A stretch of 32,000 bases of DNA, taken from contig NZ_LN831039.1 of the NCBI RefSeq assembly GCF_001457595.1, forward strand, positions 3,690,001-3,722,000, written 5' to 3'. A program made the position numbers and the translations under genes. Origin of the DNA: Mycolicibacterium smegmatis. Lineage in GTDB: Bacteria > Actinomycetota > Actinomycetes > Mycobacteriales > Mycobacteriaceae. This document shows positions 19,464 through 28,864 of this stretch, one piece after another. The first letter of the stretch is position 1. Each line of letters starts with the position of its first letter. The notes below the pieces were generated by a model. The model ran no database searches, was not told the DNA's origin, and saw only the letters and a list, made by a program, of their open reading frames with translations.

Positions 19464-22325
19464 TTACCGGTCGGTCATGATGCGCCGCGACGGCCCAGGG
19501 CGGGCGAAGCGGTCAGGCGTCCGCAGCGGGCGTTGCCGGATGAAGGTGGGCCACCAGAACCACGGGCCGAGTAGGCGCAGCAGACACGGCACCACGAGCG
19601 AGCGCACGATCATGGTGTCCAGCAGCAGGCCGATGCACACCGTGGAGCCGAGCTGGCCGACCGCGGCCAGATTGCTGGCGAGCATCGACAACATGGTGAA
19701 CGCGAACACAAGACCGGCCGATGTCACCACCGCGCCGGTGCTGCCCAACGCGCGAATGAGCGCGGTGTTGAGCCCCGCGCCGCTCTCCTCCTTCACGCGG
19801 GAGATCAGCAGCAGGTTGTAGTCGGACCCGACGGCGACCAGGATGATGAACGCCAACGGCAGCACGAGCCAGTGCAGTGGAAGCCCGATCAGGTGCTGCC
19901 ACACCAGAACTGACAGCCCAAAGGCCCCGGCGAACGAAAATGTCACGGTGCCGGGTATGACCATGGCGGCCACCAGGCTTCGCGTGAGGTACAGCATGAT
20001 GAGGAAGATCAGCACGAACGCCGCGATCGCGACGATCAGAAGATCTGACGCGGCATAGTCCTGGATGTCTTTCGTGCTCGACGCGGCGCCGCCCAGATAC
20101 ACCTTGGCGCCGGCCAGCGACGTTTCCTTCAGCGCCATCTTGATGGCGTCGGGGATCTGCTCGACGTGTTCGATGCCTTCCTGCGCCATGGCGTTGCCCT
20201 CGTGGGTGATGATGAACCGGGCGGCCTTGCCGTCCGGTGACATCAGCAGCTTCATCCCGGTCTTGACGTCGTCGTTGTCGAACGCCTCGTGAGGGATGTA
20301 GAAGAAGTCGTCGCTGCGTGCCGCATCGAAGTCGTTGCCCACGTTGATCAGGTCGTCGTACGTCTGATCGGTCTGGGTGGACTGCAGATGAGCCGAGCCG
20401 TAGTTGTTCTGGAGCAGGCTCAAGGTTGCTTTGCCGGCAATCTTCATCTGCTCGAGTTGCGTGATCATCTGCGGCAGCAGGCGATCGATGGCCTCGAAAG
20501 ACTCGACAGCGTTGCCGATCTGCTCATCAAGGCGATCGATGCCGTCGAGCGAGTCGAACAACGAACGTATCGCGAAACACACGGGAATGTCGAAACAGTG
20601 CGGTTCCCAGTAGAAGTAGTTCTTGAGCGGCCGCAGGAAGTCGTCGAGATCGGAGATGCCCTCGTTGACCTCGTCGGTCACCTCCTTGAGGTTCTCGAAT
20701 GTCACCGTTGTGGCGTGCAATTCGTCGGACATCTGTGTGGTGATGCTGATGACCTGTTGGATGACCTGCAGCGAATGCGCCTGGATGTCGGCCTGCCTGT
20801 CGGTGTTCTCGTTCAGTTGTTGGTCGAACGGCAGTTGCTGGCCGTTGGTGCTGCCCTGGGTGGTGAACAGGTAGGGAATGGTCGCGTGCTCCAGTGGCCG
20901 GCCCAGTGGTCTGGTGATGCTCTGCACCATGGCCACACCGGGAAGCCGGATGAGGGATTTCGCCGCCCGGTCCAGGGAGATGAAGTCCGCCGAGTTGCGC
21001 ATATCGTGGTCGGATTCGACCATCAACAACTCCGACATGAGCTTGCTCTGGGGAAAGTGCCGATCGGCGGCCTCGAAACCGAGTTTGGCCGGGGCATCGG
21101 CAGGCTGGTACGCACGGTCGTCATAGCCGACCTGATAGGTCGGGACGAACACCGCGCCGACGAGGACGACAACCGCACTCGCCACGAAAACCGGTTTGGG
21201 CCAGCGCACCACGCTCGTGGCGATATGACGGTAGAGCCGGCCGCTGTTCAAGCGGCGCGGATCGAAGAGCCCGCGGCGACTGCCCAACGTGAGCAGGGCC
21301 GGCGCGAGCGTCAACGCCGCGGCGATCGTGCAAAGCATGCTGACCGCCACCGCCGGTCCCATGGTGTGGAAGTAGTCCAGGCGAGCCAGACTCAGACAGA
21401 AGCACGCCCCGGCGATGGTCAGGCCCGAGCCGATGATGATCGGAGCCACGCTGCGGTAGGCCGTGAAGTAGGCCTCTTCGCGGGATTCGCCCGCGCGGCG
21501 CGCCTCCTGATAACGGCCCAGCATGAAGATGCCGTAATCCGTCCCGGCGCCCAGCGTCAATGCCACCAATAGGTTGACCGCGAACGACGACAAGGGAATG
21601 ACCCCGAGGTGGCCCAGGACCGCGACAACGCCTTTGGCGGCGAGCAATTCGATGAGCACGGCGGGCAGGGGCACGAGCAGGCTCGGCACCGAGCGGTACA
21701 CCAGCAGGAGCATCGCGACGATCAGGATGATCGTCAGGATCGTGATGTTCTTGAGGCTCGCGGTGGCAATCGTCAAGGTGTCCGATGCCAGAGGCGCGGG
21801 CCCGCTGACATACACCTTGAGACCGGGAGGCGGCGCGTCGGCGGCGACGATGTCGCGTACCGCGTCCACGGACTCGTTGGCCTCGAGTTTTCCGGTGTTG
21901 CCTGCCAGCCGCAGCATCACGAACGCGGCCTTGCCATCCACACTTTGGACCGCGGCAGCCGTGATGGGCTCACCCCACAGGTCCATCACGTACTGCACGT
22001 GTGCGGGGTCGGACTGTAGGCGGCGGACCAGATCGTCGTAGAACCGGTGATCTGCGTCGTCGAGAGGCCGGTCGGCCTCGAGGACCAGCATGGTCAGGTT
22101 GGTCGAGTCGGATTCGCCGAATTTCTCGCCCATCTGGAGCAGCGCCACCTGCGACGGCGCATACGTCGGGATCATCGGACCGGCGAGTTCGTCGGCCACC
22201 TTCTCGGCCTGCGGAACGAAGATGTTGGTACCGATCGTGACGAGTATCCAGAACGCGACGATCGGCAGCGCCAGGACGCGTACGGCACGCGCGAAGAACG
22301 GCCGGCCCGCGCGGTGTGCGCTCAT
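19464..22325 (-). CDS. MmpL/RND family transporter
   Basis: Two RND repeats with Asp-Tyr signatures GAGTDYGIFMLGRYQEAR and VAVGSDYNLLLISRVKEE, multiple TMs. ATG 22325 overlaps the mmpS stop. Confidence 0.93.
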   Translation of the reverse strand: MSAHRAGRPFFARAVRVLALPIVAFWILVTIGTNIFVPQAEKVADELAGPMIPTYAPSQVALLQMGEKFGESDSTNLTMLVLEADRPLDDADHRFYDDLVRRLQSDPAHVQYVMDLWGEPITAAAVQSVDGKAAFVMLRLAGNTGKLEANESVDAVRDIVAADAPPPGLKVYVSGPAPLASDTLTIATASLKNITILTIILIVAMLLLVYRSVPSLLVPLPAVLIELLAAKGVVAVLGHLGVIPLSSFAVNLLVALTLGAGTDYGIFMLGRYQEARRAGESREEAYFTAYRSVAPIIIGSGLTIAGACFCLSLARLDYFHTMGPAVAVSMLCTIAAALTLAPALLTLGSRRGLFDPRRLNSGRLYRHIATSVVRWPKPVFVASAVVVLVGAVFVPTYQVGYDDRAYQPADAPAKLGFEAADRHFPQSKLMSELLMVESDHDMRNSADFISLDRAAKSLIRLPGVAMVQSITRPLGRPLEHATIPYLFTTQGSTNGQQLPFDQQLNENTDRQADIQAHSLQVIQQVISITTQMSDELHATTVTFENLKEVTDEVNEGISDLDDFLRPLKNYFYWEPHCFDIPVCFAIRSLFDSLDGIDRLDEQIGNAVESFEAIDRLLPQMITQLEQMKIAGKATLSLLQNNYGSAHLQSTQTDQTYDDLINVGNDFDAARSDDFFYIPHEAFDNDDVKTGMKLLMSPDGKAARFIITHEGNAMAQEGIEHVEQIPDAIKMALKETSLAGAKVYLGGAASSTKDIQDYAASDLLIVAIAAFVLIFLIMLYLTRSLVAAMVIPGTVTFSFAGAFGLSVLVWQHLIGLPLHWLVLPLAFIILVAVGSDYNLLLISRVKEESGAGLNTALIRALGSTGAVVTSAGLVFAFTMLSMLASNLAAVGQLGSTVCIGLLLDTMIVRSLVVPCLLRLLGPWFWWPTFIRQRPLRTPDRFARPGPSRRIMTDR

Positions 22326-22816
22326 GCCGACTTGACCCGGCATGTGACGTCGGCATTGGCATGTGACGACGAATGTTCGTCGCGCACACGGTCGTTCACG
22401 AGTATCCGGCACCCCACCTCGCCGCCCTTGACCTGCCCGGAGATACTGCCGGACACCACGGTGAGCGTCGTGGTCTCGGTGTGCGACCACGGCAACTCGG
22501 CGATGTCGACCCGGTGCGGGTGACCGTCGACGTCGACATAGGTCAGCAGTCCGCCGCTTCCGGGGGACCCGAACAACTCGTAGGTCATGCGCTTGGGAGT
22601 GAACTGCTCAGGCGCCTGCGCCGCGAGCACCGAGACAACCGGTCCAGGAGCGGACATCTCGTGCACCTTCCACACCGCCACAGACCCGACGCCGACGGCG
22701 ATGGCGGTTACGGCAGGCAACCAGCCTCTCTGCAGGGTTTTCGGCACGACAGCGCGCCGCACGCTCCGGCGGTCACCTGCCTCGCGCGCATGTTGGTCAG
22801 TCGCCACTAGGGTCAT
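22322..22816 (-). CDS. MmpS family membrane accessory protein
   Basis: Single N-terminal TM, then VTYELFGSPGSG-type domain (MTYELFGSPGSGGLLTYVDVDG...LPWSHTETTTL...CRILVNDRVRDE). Directly upstream of mmpL with a 4-bp overlap. Confidence 0.88.
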   Translation of the reverse strand: MTLVATDQHAREAGDRRSVRRAVVPKTLQRGWLPAVTAIAVGVGSVAVWKVHEMSAPGPVVSVLAAQAPEQFTPKRMTYELFGSPGSGGLLTYVDVDGHPHRVDIAELPWSHTETTTLTVVSGSISGQVKGGEVGCRILVNDRVRDEHSSSHANADVTCRVKSA

Positions 22817-22858
22817 GTGTTTCCACCTGTATCTGATTCTTTTTCGGGCGAGCGCTTT

Positions 22859-24178
22859 TCAGGCGTCGTCGCGGTCGCGCACCCTTGTCTGCCTGGCAGT
22901 GAGGAGCAGACCGAGGGCAGACACGACGCCGCCGAGGGCGATGTAGGCGGATATCCCGGTACTGCCGTCGTAGCGTTGCACGAGCGCGGTGGCGATCGCG
23001 GGAGACAGACCCCCGCCCAGTACAGCCCCGAGGTTGTAGGAGACCGCGACACCGGAGTAGCGCACCTCAGGGCGGAACAGGGTCGTGTAGAAGGCGGCCA
23101 TCGGGCCGAACACGAAACTCAGGCCGATGTAGGCGACCACGACCGCCACGTAGAGCGCCGGGATACCGCGCGTGTCGAGTAACCAGAAGTACGGGTACGC
23201 CCACAGCACCTGGAAGATCGCTCCGCACAGCATGACGCGGACGAGGCCGAACCTGTCGGCGAGTCCACCCGCCACGAAGACGAAAACGAGCATCCCGAAC
23301 GACCCCCACAGACCGGACAGCAAAATGTCGTCGCGCTCGATGCCGAGTTGTTGTGTGCCATAGGAACTGGTGAACGAATTGATGATGAAGATGAAGAGGT
23401 TGAACCCCAGATTCACCAGGACTCCGCCGATCAGCAGATGCGGCGCGCCCTTGAGGGCGCCCCACAGCGGAACGGCTCGGACGGCTGCCCGCTGGGCGGC
23501 GATCCTCCGGAAGACCGGGCTCTCACCGATGCTGAGCCGAACGTAGAGCCCGACGGCCACGAGAACCGCCGATGCGAGGAACGGTATCCGCCAGCCCCAT
23601 TCGACGAAGGCCGCACCCGTCGCGAGCGCGACGATGTTGAACACGCCGATGCCGAGAATGCTGCCCAGCGGTGATCCCGCGGTGACCGATGCGCCGAAGA
23701 ACGCCCGGCGCCCGGTCGGTGCGTGTTCGGTCACCACGATGAACGCACCCGCCTGTTCACCGCCCATGAAGAAGCCCTGCAGCACACGGAGTGTGACTAG
23801 CAGAATCGGTGCGAGTGTGCCGATCGAGGCGTACGTCGGCAGCGCGCCGATACCCATGGTGCACAGCCCCGTGGCGACCAGCGAGACGACCAGCATCGTC
23901 TTGCGTGACACGCGATCGCCGAAGTGGCCGAAAACCGCTCCGCCGAGGGGTCGCGACACGAAACCCGCACCAAAAGCCATGAAGGACAAGAGGGCGCCGG
24001 TGAGGGGATCCGAACCCGGGAAGAACAGTTTCGGGAACACGAGTCCGGCCGCGAGGCCGAAAATGAGGAAGTCGTAGAGCTCGATCCCCGTACCGACCGC
24101 GCCCGCAGCGCAGATCTTCCGCATGTCCTTCGGTGTGGTCGGCTCCGATACGGGCTCGACAACATCCACCGGTTTCAT
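22859..24178 (-). CDS. MFS transporter, metabolite:H+ symporter (MHS)-like
   Basis: GTGIELYDFLIFGLAAGLVFPKLFFPGSDP...FGAGFVSRPLGGAVFGHFGDRVSRKTML...LLPTYASIG-type signature. ATG 24178 with a GGAGC-type RBS. Confidence 0.88.
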   Translation of the reverse strand: MKPVDVVEPVSEPTTPKDMRKICAAGAVGTGIELYDFLIFGLAAGLVFPKLFFPGSDPLTGALLSFMAFGAGFVSRPLGGAVFGHFGDRVSRKTMLVVSLVATGLCTMGIGALPTYASIGTLAPILLVTLRVLQGFFMGGEQAGAFIVVTEHAPTGRRAFFGASVTAGSPLGSILGIGVFNIVALATGAAFVEWGWRIPFLASAVLVAVGLYVRLSIGESPVFRRIAAQRAAVRAVPLWGALKGAPHLLIGGVLVNLGFNLFIFIINSFTSSYGTQQLGIERDDILLSGLWGSFGMLVFVFVAGGLADRFGLVRVMLCGAIFQVLWAYPYFWLLDTRGIPALYVAVVVAYIGLSFVFGPMAAFYTTLFRPEVRYSGVAVSYNLGAVLGGGLSPAIATALVQRYDGSTGISAYIALGGVVSALGLLLTARQTRVRDRDDA

Positions 24179-24293
24179 GTGTGCTCCGTCCTTGTCTGTC
24201 CGCCCGAACCGGGCGTCATGACATATGACGCGCCAGGACCCCAAAGGGATCACATCAGCGGTGGCCGATCGTGAACCCTTCGCGCTGCGGGGC

Positions 24294-24322
24294 CGTTCGT
24301 CTCCCATGAGGGGACTCGAACG
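24294..24322. promoter_or_regulatory. imperfect inverted repeat in the MFS/permease divergent intergenic region
   Basis: CGTTCG tctccc atgag gggact CGAACG: 6-bp outer plus 4-bp inner pairing around a 5-nt loop, separated by two mismatches. Confidence 0.35.
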
Positions 24323-24457
24323 AGCCGGATCACCCATGAGCCCATTGAAGCCTCAGAGCCGGCGACTTCCCCGAATTGCGCTCCCTTCCATCCGGTTTGA
24401 GGTTCGCCGTCGGAGAACGCGTGAACGCCAGCACCTGAACCCGAAAGGATCGGCCAA

Positions 24458-25897
24458 ATGTCGGAACAGACGCTCCCAGAGGCTGAACACCTCTCGCGTC
24501 AGCTCTCCAACCGTCACATACAACTCATCGCCATCGGCGGAGCGATCGGAACCGGCCTGTTCATGGGTTCAGGAAAGACGGTGTCGCTCGCGGGCCCCTC
24601 GGTGATCTTCGTCTACATGATCATCGGCTTCATGCTGTTCTTCGTGATGCGGGCCATGGGCGAGTTGCTGTTGTCCAACCTGGAGTACAAGTCGTTCGCC
24701 GATTTCGCCGCCGACCTGCTGGGCCCGTGGGCGGGGTTCTTCACCGGCTGGACGTACTGGTTCTGCTGGATCGTCACCGGTGTGGCCGAAGTGGTTGCGA
24801 TCGCGGGCTACGTGGCCTTCTGGTGGCCCGGCCTTCCGCTGTGGATCCCGGCGCTGGTCACCGTGGCGGTCCTGATCACGCTGAACCTGGCGACTGTCCG
24901 CGCGTTCGGCGAAACCGAGTTCTGGTTCGCGATGATCAAGATCGTCGCGATCCTTGCGCTCATCGTGGTCGGCCTGGTCATGGTGCTGAGCCACTTCAGG
25001 GCGCCCGGCGGGGCCGTGGCGAGCCTGTCCAACCTGTGGGACGACGGTGGCTTCTTCCCCACCGGGCCCATGGGTTTCGTCGCGGGCTTCCAGATCGCGA
25101 CGTTCGCGTTCGTCGGGATCGAACTCGTCGGCACCACGGCCGCCGAAGCCAGAGATCCCGAACGCAACCTGCCGCGCGCTGTCAACTCGATTCCCGTGCG
25201 CGTGATGCTTTTCTACGTCGCTGCCCTGGTGATCATCATCGCTGTCACCCCGTGGCGCGAGATCAGCCCCGACCGCAGCCCGTTCGTCGCGATGTTCAGC
25301 CTCGCCGGGTTGGGCATCGCCGCATCGGTGGTCAACTTCGTGGTACTCACGTCGGCGGCGTCGTCAGCCAACTCCGGTATCTACTCGACGTCCCGGATGG
25401 TCTACGGACTCTCCTCCGGAGGCGACGCGCCCGCCTCCTTCGGCCGGCCCACGTCCCGCCGCGTACCGGCCAACGCGTTGTTCCTGTCCGGGGTGGTCCT
25501 GCTGTCGAGTGTGGTGATGGTCGCCGCAGGTGATTCGATCATCGCGGCGTTCACCCTGGTAACCACGATCTCGTCGCTGTGCTTCATGTTCATCTGGACG
25601 ATCATCCTGAGCAGCTACCTGGTGTACCGCAGGCGGAGGCCGCAACAACACTCGGCCTCACCCTTCAAGATGCCCGGCGGCGTGGTGATGTGCTGGGTTG
25701 TGCTGGCGTTCTTCGTGTTCCTGGTGTGGGCGTTCACCCAGAAGTCCGACACCCTGCAGGCCCTGCTCGTAACACCGGCCTGGTTCGTCGTGCTCGGTAT
25801 CGCCTGGGCGTTCCTGCGACGCCGCCCGGGACACAAGGCGCGCGAAGCCGCGTTCCGTGCCGCTCTGGAAGCCGAATCGGCGGACTCGGCGGACTGA
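24458..25897 (+). CDS. cycA: amino acid permease, CycA-like (D-Ser/D-Ala/Gly transporter type)
   Basis: LSRQLSNRHIQLIAIGGAIGTGLFMGSGKTVSLAGPSVIFVYMIIGFMLFFVMRAMGELLLSN...EYKSFADFA, typical APC permease. Confidence 0.85.
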   Translation: MSEQTLPEAEHLSRQLSNRHIQLIAIGGAIGTGLFMGSGKTVSLAGPSVIFVYMIIGFMLFFVMRAMGELLLSNLEYKSFADFAADLLGPWAGFFTGWTYWFCWIVTGVAEVVAIAGYVAFWWPGLPLWIPALVTVAVLITLNLATVRAFGETEFWFAMIKIVAILALIVVGLVMVLSHFRAPGGAVASLSNLWDDGGFFPTGPMGFVAGFQIATFAFVGIELVGTTAAEARDPERNLPRAVNSIPVRVMLFYVAALVIIIAVTPWREISPDRSPFVAMFSLAGLGIAASVVNFVVLTSAASSANSGIYSTSRMVYGLSSGGDAPASFGRPTSRRVPANALFLSGVVLLSSVVMVAAGDSIIAAFTLVTTISSLCFMFIWTIILSSYLVYRRRRPQQHSASPFKMPGGVVMCWVVLAFFVFLVWAFTQKSDTLQALLVTPAWFVVLGIAWAFLRRRPGHKAREAAFRAALEAESADSAD

Positions 25898-25933
25898 TCC
25901 TTCCTGGCTGCCTGAACTGCCTGATCTGCCTGA

Positions 25934-26001
25934 TCTGCGCGAGCGTGCGTCGTTGCTGGTGAATCCGCGGTGTGTCCAGGAGCAGACGCGCACGCTCGGC
26001 G
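25934..26001 (+). repeat. 68-bp element with inverted ends, copy B
   Basis: TCTGCGCGAGCGTGCGT...ACGCGCACGCTCGGCG. Same length, orientation and placement (downstream of a + strand gene) as 18210-18277. Confidence 0.65.
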
Positions 26002-26130
26002 TGTGGGGTGAGCCGCATGCCCGCACCCGCGAGACCGCCTCGGATCGCGCCGTTTCACCGTTGCCGGCGAGAATCAGCATTAACATATCGTCACTGGCAA
26101 CGTCGTCGAGCGGTGAGGGGAAACGGTGAC

Positions 26131-26355
26131 ATGCTGACCGCGGTGCGGAAGGTTCTCGGCTTCCAGATGACCATCGCCGAGTGGATCGGCACCGCGATCA
26201 TCCTCGCGGTGCCCTACCTGGCGATCGGCACGCTGTGGTCACTGACCCACACCGGCCATCTCGCGGGTATGGGCCGCCTCGACGCGGCGGTGTCGTTCCT
26301 CGGGTCGATCGCGGCCTGGCCGGTGCTGTTGTTCACCGACGTCTGCATGAGCTGA
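26131..26355 (+). CDS. small membrane protein (74 aa), paralogue of the 27232-27480 product
   Basis: MLTAVRKVLGFQMTIAEWIGTAIILAVPYLAIGTLWSLTHTGHL...WPVLLFTDVCMS, two predicted TMs, stop 1 bp before the next ATG. Confidence 0.75.
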   Translation: MLTAVRKVLGFQMTIAEWIGTAIILAVPYLAIGTLWSLTHTGHLAGMGRLDAAVSFLGSIAAWPVLLFTDVCMS

Positions 26356-26356
26356 C

Positions 26357-27232
26357 ATGACCGTCGAGGGCACCACCCACACCCGCATCTCGGTCACCCG
26401 GCGCACCGCGCGCTGGGACCCCGACGAGTCCGTCACCGTCGCCGACGCGATGGATTTCTGGGCGTTCGCCGGGGGCGCGGCCAACGTCATCATGCAGCTG
26501 GCACGCCCCGGCGTCGGCCACGGCGTGGTCGAGAGTCCCGTGGATTCCGGCAACCTGCTCAAGCATCCGTGGAAACGCGCCCGCACCACCTTCAGTTACC
26601 TCGCGGTGGCCATCCTCGGCAACGACGAGGACCGCGCGGCGTTCCGCACGGCCGTCGACGGCGCCCACCGGCAGGTCCGCTCAGGACCGCAGAGTCCGGT
26701 GCGCTACAACGCCTTCGACCGTGATCTGCAGATGTGGGTCGCGGCATGCCTGTTCGTCGGGCTCGAAGACACCTATCAACTGCTACGCGGCCAGATGACG
26801 CCCGTGCAGGCCGAGCAGTTCTACGCCTCGGCCGCCACGCTGGGCACCACGCTGCAGGTCAGCCCCGACCAGTGGCCCGCCACCCGGGCCGGGTTCGACG
26901 ATTACTGGAACGCCGCATGCGGGCAGGTCGCGGTCGACGACGTCGTCGCGACATACCTGCGCGACCTGGTGCACCTCAAGATGATCAACCCGCTGCTCGC
27001 ACTGCCGTTCCGGCCGCTGCTGGCGTTTCTCACCACGGGGTTCCTGGCGCCGGTGTTCCGTGAGGTGCTCGGCCTGAAGTGGGGCCGCGGCAGGCAACGG
27101 CTTTTCGAATGGCTGTTTCTGCTGGTGGCCTTGGGCAACCGGTTCCTGCCGATCTTCGTCCGGCAGGGCACCAGCTACCTTTTGCTCGCCGATGTGCGCC
27201 GACGCGTGCGTGCCGGACTCCCGCTGATCTGA
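26357..27232 (+). CDS. oxygenase MpaB/DUF2236-like family protein
   Basis: ARPGVGHGVVESPVDSGNLLKHPWKRARTTFSYLAVAILGNDEDRAAFRTAVDGAHRQV...YNAFDRDLQMWVAACLFVGLEDTY is typical of the family. Confidence 0.85.
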   Translation: MTVEGTTHTRISVTRRTARWDPDESVTVADAMDFWAFAGGAANVIMQLARPGVGHGVVESPVDSGNLLKHPWKRARTTFSYLAVAILGNDEDRAAFRTAVDGAHRQVRSGPQSPVRYNAFDRDLQMWVAACLFVGLEDTYQLLRGQMTPVQAEQFYASAATLGTTLQVSPDQWPATRAGFDDYWNAACGQVAVDDVVATYLRDLVHLKMINPLLALPFRPLLAFLTTGFLAPVFREVLGLKWGRGRQRLFEWLFLLVALGNRFLPIFVRQGTSYLLLADVRRRVRAGLPLI

Positions 27233-27480
27233 TGAACTTCCTGCGTCGGGTCCTGAGCCGCAAGGTCAGCGTGGAACAGATGATCGAGACCGCGATGTGG
27301 CTCGCGATCCCGTACCTGACCGTCGGTCTGGTGTGGAGTTTCTTCCACGCCGACCAGGTGCAGCTGATCGAGGCGCAACTGCTGACGAAGCTTCCGGCCG
27401 GCGCCAACCTGGTCGCGTTCGGGCAGGTGGCGGTGCTGTGGCCGCTGCTGCTCCTCGGCGGCGAGGTGTGCGTCGGCTAG
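27232..27480 (+). CDS. small membrane protein (82 aa), paralogue of the 26131-26355 product
   Basis: MNFLRRVLSRKVSVEQMIETAMWLAIPYLTVGLVWSFFHADQV...LWPLLLLGGEVCVG. TGATG overlap with the upstream gene. Confidence 0.75.
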   Translation: MNFLRRVLSRKVSVEQMIETAMWLAIPYLTVGLVWSFFHADQVQLIEAQLLTKLPAGANLVAFGQVAVLWPLLLLGGEVCVG

Positions 27481-27491
27481 GGTCTGGCGCC

Positions 27492-28118
27492 GTGAGGATT
27501 TGTGTCGCGGCCCGTGCGCTCCTGCTGGCCGGTGCGCTGGCCGCCCCGGTGGCCGGCTGCTCGTCGGGAGCCGTCGTCAACACCGGCGAGACGCCGCCGC
27601 GCACACCGGCCCCGACCACCACCGCGGTGCCGGTGTACGGCACCACCAACCTGGTGAACGCGGCCGATTACGCGATCTCGGTGGACGGCCGCACGGGCTA
27701 CTACTTCACCACTCCGAGCGGACGGTGGGCGTGCGCGATCCTGCCCCGCGACCGCGCCGGATGTGAATCGTCGAGCGGCCTGAGCGCTCGCCTGCCGATC
27801 ACCGGCGCTCCCGACGTGACCGTGGACGGCGAGGCCACCGCGCCCAACGCGATCGCCGTGGACCGCGACCACGACGCCGGGTTCCTCGCGCTGGAGGAAC
27901 CGTTGTTCTCCGTGGACCAGGATTCGGTGGATTCCACGACCTACAGCGAGGCGGACGGCGAGGTCGAGACTCTGCCGTTCGGCAAAGTGCTTGCGGTGGC
28001 GGGCTTTCGGTGCAACGTGCAGGAAGAGACCGGCGTGTCCTGCGTACGCGAGTTGACCGGCAAAGGTTTCACGTTCTCCGGTGACGGTTACACCCTGACC
28101 TACACCGACATCCCATGA
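27492..28118 (+). CDS. putative lipoprotein
   Basis: GTG start, signal sequence with lipobox PVAG-C (LLLAGALAAPVAGCSSG), Thr/Pro-rich linker, globular domain containing Cys residues. Confidence 0.75.
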   Translation: MRICVAARALLLAGALAAPVAGCSSGAVVNTGETPPRTPAPTTTAVPVYGTTNLVNAADYAISVDGRTGYYFTTPSGRWACAILPRDRAGCESSSGLSARLPITGAPDVTVDGEATAPNAIAVDRDHDAGFLALEEPLFSVDQDSVDSTTYSEADGEVETLPFGKVLAVAGFRCNVQEETGVSCVRELTGKGFTFSGDGYTLTYTDIP

Positions 28119-28124
28119 GGAGAC

Positions 28125-28853
28125 ATGATCCGGATCGGCACCTCGGGGTGGTCATACGACCACTGGCGTGACGTGCTGTATCCGCCGGGCACACCGTCGT
28201 CGGCGCGGTTGCGGCGTTACACGCAGGTGTTCGACACCGTCGAACTCAACGCGAGCTACTACCGCTGGCCACGCGACACCGCGTTCGCGAACTGGCGATC
28301 TCAGTTGCCCGACGGGTTCACGATGTCGGTCAAGGCCCACCGTGGGCTGACCCACTTCCGCCGTCTACGCTCCCCCGAACCCTGGATCGAGCGGTTCGAG
28401 CGGTGCTGGGAGGTGCTCGACGGATGCGCCGAAGCCCTGCTGGTGCAACCACATCCGGCACTCGAACGCGACGACGCACTGCTCGATGAGTTCCTGACTC
28501 TTGTGCCCGACCACATCCCGGTGGCCGTGGAACTGCGTCACGCATCGTGGCACGACCCGGCCGTGTACGCACTGCTGCGCCGCCACGGTGCGGCGTATGT
28601 GGTGATGAGCGGGCCGGGTCTGGTGTGCGAACCCGTGGCGACGAGCGATCTGGTGTACATCCGGTTGCACGGTCCGCCGCAGGAGGCGATCTATTCCGGG
28701 TCGTACCCCGCCGACCAGTTGCGATGGTGGGCCGAACACATCCTGCTGTGGCATCGCGACGGCCACCGGGTGGTCGTGTACTTCAACAACGATCTCGGCG
28801 GGCATGCGGTGCGCAACGCCCGAACGCTCAAGGAACTCGTGGCACACGAGTAG
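28125..28853 (+). CDS. DUF72 domain-containing protein
   Basis: MIRIGTSGWSYDHWRDVLYPPG...LNASYYRWP...YVRLHG-type segment (YIRLHGPPQEAIYSGSY), typical of DUF72 TIM-barrel proteins. Confidence 0.9.
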   Translation: MIRIGTSGWSYDHWRDVLYPPGTPSSARLRRYTQVFDTVELNASYYRWPRDTAFANWRSQLPDGFTMSVKAHRGLTHFRRLRSPEPWIERFERCWEVLDGCAEALLVQPHPALERDDALLDEFLTLVPDHIPVAVELRHASWHDPAVYALLRRHGAAYVVMSGPGLVCEPVATSDLVYIRLHGPPQEAIYSGSYPADQLRWWAEHILLWHRDGHRVVVYFNNDLGGHAVRNARTLKELVAHE

Positions 28854-28864
28854 CCTGAGTTGGT

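Noticed and set aside
24290-24325. Minus-strand GTTCGAGTCCCC resembling a tRNA T-arm
   Set aside because: Flanking bases do not form a T stem, and no acceptor, D or anticodon arms could be assembled.
25905-25940. CTGCCTGA(A/T) tandem repeats as a possible CRISPR-like or mobile array
   Set aside because: Only a few 7-9 bp units without spacers; probably simple sequence drift beside the 68-bp element.
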